Of a stretch of 64,000 nucleotides of DNA, positions 19,234 through 27,827 are shown one piece after another. Made by a program: the position numbers and the translations under genes. This DNA is from Bacteroides sp. (GTDB taxonomy: Bacteria; Bacteroidota; Bacteroidia; Bacteroidales; Bacteroidaceae): the NCBI RefSeq assembly GCF_019416685.1, contig NZ_DXWV01000071.1; one strand, given 5' to 3'. The first letter of the stretch is position 1. Each line of letters opens with the position of its first letter. The notes below the pieces were generated by a model, which saw nothing but the letters and a program-made list of their open reading frames with translations, was not told where the DNA came from and ran no database searches.

Positions 19234-21288
19234 ATGCAGTCTTTCTTCTCAAAAGGTAACAACAATAGTAGCATTTCTTCACTCCTGATAAAAACAAGAA
19301 TATGCTGGTTCCTTTCTTTTATCATAATAACTCATACGGCATTATGCCGGAATTCCGATCACCCGGTTAACGTTTTTATAGTAGATTCGCCCGATTATAC
19401 GCATAGCCCTTACACCGGAATGACGCGGAAGCATTGGATAGATGCTGCAAAATATATGCTTGAAGGAGCTTTCAGCTATATTCATAGTATGGACGATGCC
19501 ATGAAGTTTCCAAAACAGGAAGGTAAGAGTTATCCCAATAGAGAAGAACAGATACCGACAGAAAAGCTGGAAGGGCTTTGCCGTACATTGTACATTGCTG
19601 CTCCTTTGTTGAAAGAGAACCCGGATTTAGCCTTGAACAATATAAAGGTGGCTGACTATTACAGACAACAACTTATTAACATTATAACTCCGGGACATCC
19701 GGGTTTTATTTCTCCCCGTATAAAGAACGGTATCTCTCAAAATCTTGTAGAGTTCGGAGCTTTGTCTATTTCTTTGTTCTCGATTCCCGAAATTTTATGG
19801 GATCCTTTAACTAAACAGCAAAAAGATGCATTGGCACATACTATGCTGAGCTATGCCGATGGTCCTACAGTTCCTTCCAACTGGCGCTTTTTCAATTTGT
19901 TTGTATTTAGTTTCTTTAAAAGCGTGGGATATGAAGTGAATGAGCCGCTGATGAAGAAGTTTCTGGACCTCTCTTTTGCCGATTATAGAGGCGAGGGATG
20001 GTATATTGACAATTCATCTTATGATTATTATAGTATGTGGGCTTATCAAATGTATGGTATTCTTTGGAGTGAATACTTTGGGAAAAAGTATTATCCGGAG
20101 TACGCAGAACGTTTTAAAGCCAATTTTAAGGAGATGCTAAACAATTATCCGTTAATGTTTGGTCGTGACGGACAGATGATAATGTGGGGACGCAGTATTA
20201 CTTATCGGTTTGCAGCTATTTCCCCATTTCCATTGGCGGGTTATTTGAATGATACTTCCGTTAATTATGGATTCTTGCGGAGAATTGCATCCGGAACTTT
20301 ATTGCAATTCCTTCAAAATCCGGATCTATTGAAAGATAGAGTGCCCACATTGGGTTTCTATGGTGCTTTTGAACCGGCTGTTCAAGGGTATAGTTGCCGG
20401 GGCAGTGTATATTGGATGGGTAAAGCTTTTCTGAGTTTGTTATTGCCGGAGTCTAATATCTTTTGGTCAGCAAAAGAAAATGAAGGTATCTGGAAAATGG
20501 AATATAAGAAAGGAACTGTTAAAAATACGTTCCAGAATGGATCTAAGATTCTTATAACTAACTATTTTGAAAGTGGGATTACTGAGATTCGTACTTCAAC
20601 CAGAATGCCCGCCAATGCAAGGGAAGATTGGCGTTTCTCAGAAAACTATAACCGCTTAGCCTATAACAGCGCATTTCCCTGGATGGCAGATGGTAAACAG
20701 GGGGAAGTTGCTATGAATTATACAATCAAGAAAGGAGACGGAGTTTGGAAAGCGTTGTCTATGTATACTTTCGATCATTTCGACCAGGATATCTATTATC
20801 GGAATGCGACGCTGAGGGATGATGTTGATGTGAAATTTCAACTGGCCGATATTATGCTGCCCAATGGTGTTTTACGTGTTGATAAAGCTATATCAGCGAC
20901 TCCGGTCGAAGTACACTTGGGACATTACTCGCTTCCTTGTCTTGATTCTAAAATAAAAGAGAGAACAATTAAAAAACAGGGGCATACAGCTTATGCGATA
21001 GATAATGGGAAGTTTCAATTGACAATGGTACCTTTGAACGGATGGGAAGATGTAAGAGTAGAAAATACCAGTGGATTGCATCCCGAAACGAAACAAAGTG
21101 CCGTACTTAATGCAGAAGACCACTTTACCGGTGAAAAGATTTTTATTACGCTTCTATTATGGAATAAAACGGGGAACAAACTGACAGATAAACAACTTTT
21201 CCCTGTGAAGGATATTCTTGTCTCAAAAGATAAAAAGAGTGTCACGGTTTGGTTGAACGATGGGACTCAAAAGAAGGTTAAGTGGTAA
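19234..21288 (+). CDS. DUF2264-like protein (family often found beside GH88/GH105 genes)
   Basis: 684-aa ORF with a hydrophobic N-terminus. The resemblance to DUF2264 rests on memory (MTRKHWIDAAKYMLEGAF..., YSMWAYQMYG) and is unverified. Confidence 0.45.
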   Translation: MQSFFSKGNNNSSISSLLIKTRICWFLSFIIITHTALCRNSDHPVNVFIVDSPDYTHSPYTGMTRKHWIDAAKYMLEGAFSYIHSMDDAMKFPKQEGKSYPNREEQIPTEKLEGLCRTLYIAAPLLKENPDLALNNIKVADYYRQQLINIITPGHPGFISPRIKNGISQNLVEFGALSISLFSIPEILWDPLTKQQKDALAHTMLSYADGPTVPSNWRFFNLFVFSFFKSVGYEVNEPLMKKFLDLSFADYRGEGWYIDNSSYDYYSMWAYQMYGILWSEYFGKKYYPEYAERFKANFKEMLNNYPLMFGRDGQMIMWGRSITYRFAAISPFPLAGYLNDTSVNYGFLRRIASGTLLQFLQNPDLLKDRVPTLGFYGAFEPAVQGYSCRGSVYWMGKAFLSLLLPESNIFWSAKENEGIWKMEYKKGTVKNTFQNGSKILITNYFESGITEIRTSTRMPANAREDWRFSENYNRLAYNSAFPWMADGKQGEVAMNYTIKKGDGVWKALSMYTFDHFDQDIYYRNATLRDDVDVKFQLADIMLPNGVLRVDKAISATPVEVHLGHYSLPCLDSKIKERTIKKQGHTAYAIDNGKFQLTMVPLNGWEDVRVENTSGLHPETKQSAVLNAEDHFTGEKIFITLLLWNKTGNKLTDKQLFPVKDILVSKDKKSVTVWLNDGTQKKVKW

Positions 21289-21321
21289 TGGAGTATTAAT
21301 GATAAAGAGAGAGAGAAAAAG

Positions 21322-23352
21322 ATGTTTAAAAAATGCACATTAATAGCAATAGTTACTCTGTTATTTCTTAGTCAAATGGCTGTTTCACAGTCTTCCTTGC
21401 CTGAGAAAGCTGAAATCGTAAAAACAGGAAAACTGGTTAATGATTGTTGGATAAAAAATCATTCGCAATGGGGAAATAATGACTGGGCAAGAGCTGTTTA
21501 CTATGTAGGGAATACTTATTTCTATAAAATGTTTCCGAAAAATAAATATTTAGATTATTCAACGGCATGGGCTGAGAGTCATAAATGGAAGTTGAGGAGT
21601 TCAGGGCCTGACCATGCTGATGCCCAGGTCTGTGGACAGGTTTATTTAGACCTGTATCAGATGGATGAAGAGAAACAGATAGCTAAGATCGCCGCCATAA
21701 AAGAGGGGATTGATAAGATGTTGGCAAGGCCGGATGTGGACGATTGGTGGTGGGTGGATGCTTTGTTTATGTCGATGCCTGTTTTTGCCCGGTTAGGTGT
21801 TTTATATGATGATGATAGATATTTCGATAAGATGCACCAATTATACTCTTTCACGAAAGCAAATTTATACAATACCAAAGATCATTTGTGGTATCGGGAT
21901 GAGACGGTCAGCCATGTAACTCCCAATGGGAAAGCATCCTATTGGTCAAGAGGAAATGGCTGGGCCTTTGCTGCTCTGGCTCTCGTATTGGATAAGTTGC
22001 CGGTGAATAGTGAATACAGAGCCGAATATTTAAAAATATTCAAAGAAATGGCTGCCTCGTTGAAAGCTTGTCAGCGGGAAGATGGCTTCTGGAATCCGAG
22101 TCTGATTGATCCGAAAGATTATGGCGGACCGGAGACAAGCGGAACGTCTTTATTTCTTTTTGGGATGGCCTGGGGCATTAATCAGGGAGTACTGGATCGG
22201 GACACCTATTATTCTGTTATTACTAAAGCATGGGAGGGATTGACTACTTTGGCCGTCAGCCCCCGAGGAGTACTTACCTATGTACAAGGTGTTGGTTTTA
22301 AGCCTTCATCGAATCCGGCCACTTCTACTTCTACGGCAGACTTTGGGGTGGGTGCTTTCTTGTTGGCTTGTGCAGAGACTGCGAAATTAGCATCCGGAGA
22401 TATGCCGGCTGTATCAAACTTCGATATTGTGAGTTTAAAGGCAACTGATAAAAATAGCCTTCTTCTTGAATTTAATAAAGAGATGAATGACTTATCGGCT
22501 CTTTCATGTTTTAACTATACGATAGATAATAATGTGAGATTAGAGCGGGTGGAAAAGAAAGACTCAAAATCGGTACTGTTAGTAACCAGCAGTATGCTCC
22601 CCGGAGATTATCAATTGAAGTCATGTAATGTTGAGAGTAAAGATGGTGAAACATTGGATGTGGGAGCGTGGGCTTTTTTTGAGTATACAGGCATTTGCTC
22701 AGTAAAGGCCAGTGATTTTCAGAGTGGGACCACCAATACACCGGATAAAGTAATCGACGCTGATATGTCTACCCGGTGGTCTTCGGAAGGGACCGGAAAG
22801 TGGCTCTTACTCGATCTGGGAGAAGAAAGAACGCTTCATTCTGTTCGTATTGCCTTCTATGAAGGTAATACGCGGAAAAATTATTTTAATATAGAATTGT
22901 CTCTTGACAATATAAATTTTGAAACGGTTTACCAAGGAGAATCAAGTGGTAAGTCAGACCAATTGGAAAACTATGATTTTAGTGTGAAGAAAGCACGTTA
23001 TGTGCGGCTGGAATTTAATGGAAACAGTAAAAGCAAATGGAATAGTGTACTGGAGGTTAGGATAAAAACGGTTGATACTGTTTCTGGAATTTCTATTGAA
23101 AAAAAATCGCAATTTAGTGTTGTCACGGATCTATTGCAATATGGGCAGTTAACGGTTCTAACAGGAGGTGAAAGGTATCGATATTTGGATTTATCCGTTG
23201 TTGATATGGGAGGAAGTTGTATTTATAACCGGGCTTTTACCAACATAGCAGATCGTCTTGTGATAAATGATTTGTGGCTTCTTAAGGGTACCTATATTTG
23301 TACTGTTACCTCTGATAAAGGAAGTACTTCTCAGCTGTTTGTTGTCATATAG
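21322..23352 (+). CDS. GH105/PF07470-family unsaturated uronyl hydrolase fused to an F5/8-type-C (CBM32-like) domain and a T9SS C-terminal domain
   Basis: Catalytic-domain motifs WWWVDALFMSMPVFARLG, YWSRGNGWAFAALALVL and DGFWNPSLIDP. Discoidin-like segment DADMSTRWSSEGTGKWLLLDLGEERTLHSVRIAFYEGNTRKNYF. C-terminal tail LSVVDMGGSCIYNRAF...GTYICTVTSDKGSTSQLFVVI. Confidence 0.75.
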   Translation: MFKKCTLIAIVTLLFLSQMAVSQSSLPEKAEIVKTGKLVNDCWIKNHSQWGNNDWARAVYYVGNTYFYKMFPKNKYLDYSTAWAESHKWKLRSSGPDHADAQVCGQVYLDLYQMDEEKQIAKIAAIKEGIDKMLARPDVDDWWWVDALFMSMPVFARLGVLYDDDRYFDKMHQLYSFTKANLYNTKDHLWYRDETVSHVTPNGKASYWSRGNGWAFAALALVLDKLPVNSEYRAEYLKIFKEMAASLKACQREDGFWNPSLIDPKDYGGPETSGTSLFLFGMAWGINQGVLDRDTYYSVITKAWEGLTTLAVSPRGVLTYVQGVGFKPSSNPATSTSTADFGVGAFLLACAETAKLASGDMPAVSNFDIVSLKATDKNSLLLEFNKEMNDLSALSCFNYTIDNNVRLERVEKKDSKSVLLVTSSMLPGDYQLKSCNVESKDGETLDVGAWAFFEYTGICSVKASDFQSGTTNTPDKVIDADMSTRWSSEGTGKWLLLDLGEERTLHSVRIAFYEGNTRKNYFNIELSLDNINFETVYQGESSGKSDQLENYDFSVKKARYVRLEFNGNSKSKWNSVLEVRIKTVDTVSGISIEKKSQFSVVTDLLQYGQLTVLTGGERYRYLDLSVVDMGGSCIYNRAFTNIADRLVINDLWLLKGTYICTVTSDKGSTSQLFVVI

Positions 23353-23465
23353 GCTGCTTTACTTCCGGTCCCGATATTAAAATTGTAGAAAACATTTTGT
23401 TGACTCACTTTGTTGAATAAAGAGTAAATTATCAATAAATTCATATCGTTATAACTCAATTTGAT

Positions 23466-23873
23466 ATGGTTAATAAAATAGACTATTTCTCTTTATTCGC
23501 ACGTATAGCTATTGCTATGAGTTTCCTGTCCGCTGTTGCAGATCGTATTGGTTTGTGGACTCCTTTATTGGGAAGCGAAAATGTGACCTGGGGTAATATG
23601 GAGAGCTTTATCGCTTACACAGGAATTTTAGTTCCATGGATTCCGAAGCTATTTTTGCCATCATTAGCTTGGCTGGTGACAATAATAGAAGTGATTCTTG
23701 GAGTATTGTTAATAATTGGTTTTCAAAAACGTTATGTAGCCCTTTGCAGTGGGATTCTGTTATTGATTTTTGCTTTCTCAATGGTGTTCTTCTCGAATCT
23801 GAAAGCTCCATTGGATTATAGTGTATTTACAGCAGCTGCCTGTTCTTTTCTACTTTATAAAAATAGTAGGTAA
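23466..23873 (+). CDS. DoxX-like small integral membrane protein
   Basis: 135 aa with four hydrophobic helices. The DoxX family call rests on general resemblance only. Confidence 0.5.
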   Translation: MVNKIDYFSLFARIAIAMSFLSAVADRIGLWTPLLGSENVTWGNMESFIAYTGILVPWIPKLFLPSLAWLVTIIEVILGVLLIIGFQKRYVALCSGILLLIFAFSMVFFSNLKAPLDYSVFTAAACSFLLYKNSR

Positions 23874-23957
23874 AAAATAAGATGATTCGGGAATAGCTAT
23901 TACTTGTATCCACCAGTAAGAACCTGTTTAAGTTTTATTCCTTTCCATACAGATATG

Positions 23958-24084
23958 AATCTATTTACGATTAGACGATTTACGATGTACGATTGGGATT
24001 ACTCCGTTTCTGACAGCGCTGAAACAAGCTTTTAAAAGAGTAACTTCAATCGTACATCATACATCGTCTAATCGTAAATAGATT
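23958..24084. repeat. Palindromic (hairpin) repeat element, copy 2
   Basis: Same termini as 6073-6184. It carries an extra 7-nt unit in both arms (left ...GATTTACGATGTACGATTGGG, right ...CAATCGTACATCATACATCGTC), so hairpin pairing is preserved. Confidence 0.9.
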
Positions 24085-24196
24085 CTGTTTTGAACTTAAT
24101 GGTGTTTGTCATTGCCATCCGTCTCTTTCTCCGGTATTGATAAAGCTCTATCTCGTAGAGTAACGTATGAAGCCTCGGTATGTAACGTTGTTTAAG

Positions 24197-24288
24197 ATGT
24201 ACATGTAAAGCAGTAAAACATGTACATGTAAGACAGTGAAACATGTACATGTAAAGCAGTGAAACATGTACATGTAAAACAAGACTGC
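24197..24288. repeat. Tandem repeat, 23-bp unit x about 3.6 (ATGTACATGTAAAGCAGTGAAAC)
   Basis: Units at 24197, 24220, 24243 and 24266 (the last is degenerate). Each contains ACATGTACATGT. Confidence 0.9.
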
Positions 24289-24296
24289 TCACCGGG

Positions 24297-24314
24297 GAAA
24301 GGAACGTTCCTTTC
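24297..24314. promoter_or_regulatory. Perfect 18-bp palindrome GAAAGGAACGTTCCTTTC (candidate dimeric-regulator site)
   Basis: Perfect 9+9 dyad. It overlaps a second dyad, CTTTCTGAGAAAG, at 24310-24322. Confidence 0.3.
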
Positions 24315-24418
24315 TGAGAAAGACAAAGTACAACACCGGGCAAGGGTAACAATGCCGTCTATGGATACTTCCTCCATCGAAAAGATAGGATCATAATCTT
24401 CGTTACCATACAGATATG

Positions 24419-24494
24419 AATAATTAGCCAATGTGCCAATATACCAATGCCATGCGGTATACAGCGCAGCCAATTGGCACATTAGCTAATTATT
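24419..24494. repeat. Second hairpin element (about 22-bp arms, 32-nt loop)
   Basis: TAATTAGCCAATGTGCCAAT pairs with ATTGGCACATTAGCTAATTA (19/20). It is preceded by the same 16-nt CCATACAGATATGAAT that precedes the element at 23958. Confidence 0.85.
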
Positions 24495-24554
24495 AATCAG
24501 GTATTATATTTTAATTTTTTTCTCTCTATCTATTGCAATATTAAAAAGAATATC

Positions 24555-24562
24555 TACTTTTG
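24555..24562 (+). promoter_or_regulatory. TAnnTTTG -7 promoter motif upstream of the ABC operon
   Basis: TACTTTTG lies 53 nt upstream of the ATG at 24615. Confidence 0.3.
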
Positions 24563-24614
24563 CAGTGTACTATTATACTAATACACTTATACATTATATT
24601 AAAAGACAAAAAGT

Positions 24615-25469
24615 ATGATTGCAGTAGAACATCTTTCATTCGTTTACCGTAAGTCAAAGCGTGCCGTGTTACACGATTTCTCTCTTTCGCTGAAGCAGGG
24701 GAGAGTTTACGGATTGCTTGGCAAAAATGGTGCGGGTAAATCCACACTTCTCTATTTGATGACTGGTCTGCTTACTCCTAAAAGCGGACGGGTTTTATAT
24801 CATGATACAGACGTTCGTCGCCGTCTGCCGGTGACTTTACAAGATATGTTTCTTGTTCCCGAAGAGTTTGAATTGCCGGCAGTCTCTTTGGTTAGTTATG
24901 TTGAACTGAACAGTCCGTTTTACCCTCGTTTCAGTAAGGAGGATATGGTGAAATACCTCCATTACTTTGACATGGATATGGATATCAATTTAGGGGCTCT
25001 TTCTATGGGGCAGAAAAAGAAAGTGTTCATGAGCTTTGCTCTTGCTACAAATACCTCTTTATTGTTGATGGATGAACCGACCAATGGACTCGATATTCCA
25101 GGGAAGAGCCAGTTCCGAAAATTTATAGCTTCAGGTATGACGGATGATAAAACAATTATTATTTCCACACATCAGGTACGCGACATTGATAAAATTCTCG
25201 ATCATGTTTTGATTATGGATAATAGCCGTGTATTGCTTGATGAGTCTACGGCAAACATCTGCGAGAAATTGTTATTTCTGGAGAGCGATAATCGCGAGTT
25301 GGCAGAAATGGCCCTATTTGCTTCACCCTCCATACAGGGCAATGTGATGATATTGCCTAACACAGAGGGAGAAGAGTCTGATATAAATCTCGAGTTACTT
25401 TTTAATGCTACTTTATCTGTGCCACAGGAAATTGCAAAATTGTTTCATACAAAAACAAATGAGTTATGA
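24615..25469 (+). CDS. ABC transporter ATP-binding protein
   Basis: Walker A GLLGKNGAGKSTLL, signature LSMGQKKKV, Walker B LLLMDEPTNGLD, H-loop STHQ. Confidence 0.93.
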   Translation: MIAVEHLSFVYRKSKRAVLHDFSLSLKQGRVYGLLGKNGAGKSTLLYLMTGLLTPKSGRVLYHDTDVRRRLPVTLQDMFLVPEEFELPAVSLVSYVELNSPFYPRFSKEDMVKYLHYFDMDMDINLGALSMGQKKKVFMSFALATNTSLLLMDEPTNGLDIPGKSQFRKFIASGMTDDKTIIISTHQVRDIDKILDHVLIMDNSRVLLDESTANICEKLLFLESDNRELAEMALFASPSIQGNVMILPNTEGEESDINLELLFNATLSVPQEIAKLFHTKTNEL

Positions 25470-26287
25470 TAAAAGATACTTTTTTCAGTATGCCCCGCTT
25501 TATGAATCTTTGCCGTAAAGATATGGTAGAGAATTGGAGATCAAATGTGCTTCGTATTGTGTTGATGTACGGAGTGATGGCGCTTATTATGATTTGGAAT
25601 GGTTACTTTCAGTATCGGGGTGGAGGCTATGGAGACACTGATCCTGCCTGGAGATTTCTTTTGCCTCTTCTGATGTGGGGACTTTGGACGTTTGGCTGCC
25701 TGAGCGCTTCCTTTACCATGGAAAAGATGAAAACAAAGACAAGCCGCCTTTCTGTATTAATGACTCCTGCCACTCCTTTTGAAAAGTATATTTCACGTTG
25801 GCTGGTTTCTACTGTTGTTTTTTTAATTGTTTTTCTTATAGCTTATAAATTGGCCGATTATACCAGAGTATTGGTTTATACACTGAAATATCCGGATATA
25901 GATACTATTGCACCGGTTCCGTTGTCACATTGTGTCGGAGGAAACGTTCCCTATTATACATTGACCCGTACGTTGAAAGATTTTATGTTGATTATTGGAG
26001 GATATTTCTTTTTCCAGTCTTGTTTTGTGCTGGGTAGTTCTATCTGGCCCAAGAATGCTTTCTTAAAAACCTTTGTAGCCGGAGTGATAATAACGATTTT
26101 CTATGTATCAGTCACTATGGGAGTGGCTAATCTGGTTCTTGAAAAGAATGGCGATTACTCTGGTATTTATAAAACGGAACGTACAGAGTATTTTATATTA
26201 TCAGCTATAATAGTCTTCTTTACACTGATGAACTGGATACTTGCCTATTTCCGTTTTAAAGAGGCTGAAATTATTAATAGAATGTAA
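25466..26287 (+). CDS. Multi-pass membrane protein (putative ABC-2-like permease partner)
   Basis: ATGA overlap with the upstream ATPase gene. About six hydrophobic helices. Confidence 0.65.
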   Translation: MIKDTFFSMPRFMNLCRKDMVENWRSNVLRIVLMYGVMALIMIWNGYFQYRGGGYGDTDPAWRFLLPLLMWGLWTFGCLSASFTMEKMKTKTSRLSVLMTPATPFEKYISRWLVSTVVFLIVFLIAYKLADYTRVLVYTLKYPDIDTIAPVPLSHCVGGNVPYYTLTRTLKDFMLIIGGYFFFQSCFVLGSSIWPKNAFLKTFVAGVIITIFYVSVTMGVANLVLEKNGDYSGIYKTERTEYFILSAIIVFFTLMNWILAYFRFKEAEIINRM

Positions 26288-26301
26288 CAAACTCCTGACT
26301 T

Positions 26302-26670
26302 ATGAATTTTAAAGAAGCTAAAGCAATTTATCTACAGATAGCAGATAGAATCTGTGACGAGATACTTCTCGGACAGTACAAAGAGGAGGAACGTATTCCT
26401 TCCGTCAGAGAATATGCGGCTATTGTGGAGGTAAATGCCAATACGGCCATGCGTTCATTTGATTATCTCCAGTCACAGGAGGTGATTTACAATAAACGTG
26501 GTATTGGCTATTTTGTCTCTGTAGGTGCAAAGAAGAAGATTCTCTCTCTTCGGCGAAAGACATTTTTGAAAGAGGAGCTGGATTATTTCTTCAAACAACT
26601 TTATACACTTGGCATTTCGGCAGATGAGATAGCAGAAATGTACCGGGAGTACAGTAAACAACAACACTAA
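26302..26670 (+). CDS. GntR-family (YtrA-like, short) transcriptional regulator
   Basis: Winged HTH ERIPSVREYAAIVEVNANTAMRSFDYLQSQEVIYNKRGIGYFV. Its 122-aa size and linkage to an ABC ATPase are typical of the YtrA subfamily. Confidence 0.85.
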   Translation: MNFKEAKAIYLQIADRICDEILLGQYKEEERIPSVREYAAIVEVNANTAMRSFDYLQSQEVIYNKRGIGYFVSVGAKKKILSLRRKTFLKEELDYFFKQLYTLGISADEIAEMYREYSKQQH

Positions 26671-26686
26671 AAACAAAATCTGATTT

Positions 26687-27475
26687 ATGAAACGTACAAC
26701 TTATATACTTATAGGAATATTAGTATTGGGACTGCTGGTATTATTAGCCTTTGTCTTTTATGCCTCAGTAGCCGGCAACAAGCCAAAGGAGGACAAAGAA
26801 CTCTTCCCGGAATCCGTGTCGATGGATGCGACAGGCATTCACACCGTAAAGTTTAGACTCGATAAGGAGAATGTGTACATCCCATTGTTGGGCAGATTGT
26901 GGGTAAAACCTGGACAGGGGGAGACTAAGACGTTCTCTTATCCCAAAGGAGCTTCCAAATACTTTACGGTTGAACGTGAAAAGGACACCTTGTTCGTCTC
27001 TTTCCGTTACGATGAAAAACTGTTCTCAGATAAAAAGGGCGAATATGAATTGCCCACCCGTGGATTGAAATTTAATCTGGAAGCAGATTCAACCTTGAAC
27101 CTCATTTACAATCATGTGGGCGGATTGGGTGTTGCCCTCTCCAATTTAACATTGGACAGCCTTTCTGTCCGGACCATGTTTCAGTCATTTTTAGTTGATT
27201 CCTGTAGATTTCGTGCATTGAATACGGAGGTCTTTTCAGGATCTTTCGATGTATACCGGAGTACAATTCGAGATCTGCACATTAATCTGAATGGGATAGA
27301 AAACTGGAGAGTGGAGAAATGTGATATCGATACGGAATACCTGAGCGGCGACTATAAACATCAGTGTGAACTTCCCCGGGGAGAATGTCGCCAGATGTTT
27401 TGGATTCCCCGGAATAAAGATGCAGAATTGAGAGTCACTTTAAAAACTGAGGCCCGTGTCTTGCTTCAGGAGTAA
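26687..27475 (+). CDS. Hypothetical membrane-anchored protein
   Basis: N-terminal TM helix (YILIGILVLGLLVLLAFVFYA). The remainder looks beta-rich. No family is recognised with confidence. Confidence 0.6.
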   Translation: MKRTTYILIGILVLGLLVLLAFVFYASVAGNKPKEDKELFPESVSMDATGIHTVKFRLDKENVYIPLLGRLWVKPGQGETKTFSYPKGASKYFTVEREKDTLFVSFRYDEKLFSDKKGEYELPTRGLKFNLEADSTLNLIYNHVGGLGVALSNLTLDSLSVRTMFQSFLVDSCRFRALNTEVFSGSFDVYRSTIRDLHINLNGIENWRVEKCDIDTEYLSGDYKHQCELPRGECRQMFWIPRNKDAELRVTLKTEARVLLQE

Positions 27476-27505
27476 TTTAAGATAATATTGTATTTATTTT
27501 CTGAA

Positions 27506-27545
27506 AAGATGAGGCTGGTCCGAAAAAACGGATCAGCCTCATCTT
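27506..27545 (+). terminator. Intrinsic terminator after the ABC/GntR operon
   Basis: AAGATGAGGCTG / CAGCCTCATCTT 12-bp stem with a 16-nt loop, followed by TATAT. Confidence 0.6.
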
Positions 27546-27594
27546 TATATCGATTCCAAGATAGAACTGGATAGTGATTCTCGGATATAAAAAA

Positions 27595-27614
27595 AGAGAA
27601 GCAATTGCTTCTCT
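27595..27614. terminator. Perfect 20-bp palindrome AGAGAAGCAATTGCTTCTCT flanked by an A-run and TT (bidirectional terminator-like)
   Basis: On the minus strand it is followed by TTTTT. It lies just downstream (minus sense) of the tRNA 3' fragment. Confidence 0.5.
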
Positions 27615-27623
27615 TTCTGTAAG

Positions 27624-27644
27624 TTGCGGAGATCCGATTTGAAC
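27624..27644 (-). other. 21-nt tRNA 3'-end fragment (putative displaced att core at the prophage left junction)
   Basis: The minus strand reads GTTCAAATCGGATCTCCGCAA, which parses as G53, T-loop TTCAAAT, T-stem 3' half CGGAT, acceptor 3' strand CTCCGCA and a discriminator A. No matching 5' half is present upstream of it. Confidence 0.4.
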
Positions 27645-27827
27645 ACTCTTATTCCCGTTTCTGTAAGATGCAGATTACCAGCTTTTTACATTATTCGTAA
27701 TATGGTTATTTTATATTATATTGTCCCAATTTAGTCCCGGTAAACGTCTTAAAACATAATCATAATTTACTGATATTCATGTTTGTATGTGTTTACCGAT
27801 CTTTCCATTTGCCGCCTTTTATAATCG

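Larger units (their letters stand above)
5385..23352 (+). other. Polysaccharide utilization locus (ECF sigma / anti-sigma / SusC / SusD / glycan-degrading enzymes), all genes co-oriented
   Basis: Gene order and the family motifs listed for the individual CDS entries. Confidence 0.85.

Noticed and set aside
24197-24288. Possible mini CRISPR array.
   Set aside because: The 23-bp units are directly abutting with no spacers. The unit is shorter than typical CRISPR repeats, and there are no cas genes in the window.
24068-24482. Two minus-strand ORFs (94 and 96 aa) in the DoxX/ABC intergenic region.
   Set aside because: Their sequences (…HVHVSLLYMYMFHCLTCTCFTALHVHL…) are simply translations of the 23-bp tandem repeats and hairpin arms. 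They show no coding-like composition or gene context.
23958-24494. Invertible promoter (inverton) flanked by inverted repeats.
   Set aside because: The inverted repeats are the two arms of compact hairpins with centres of only 30-32 nt, which is too small to carry a promoter. No recombinase is adjacent, and the 16-nt shared leaders are direct rather than inverted.
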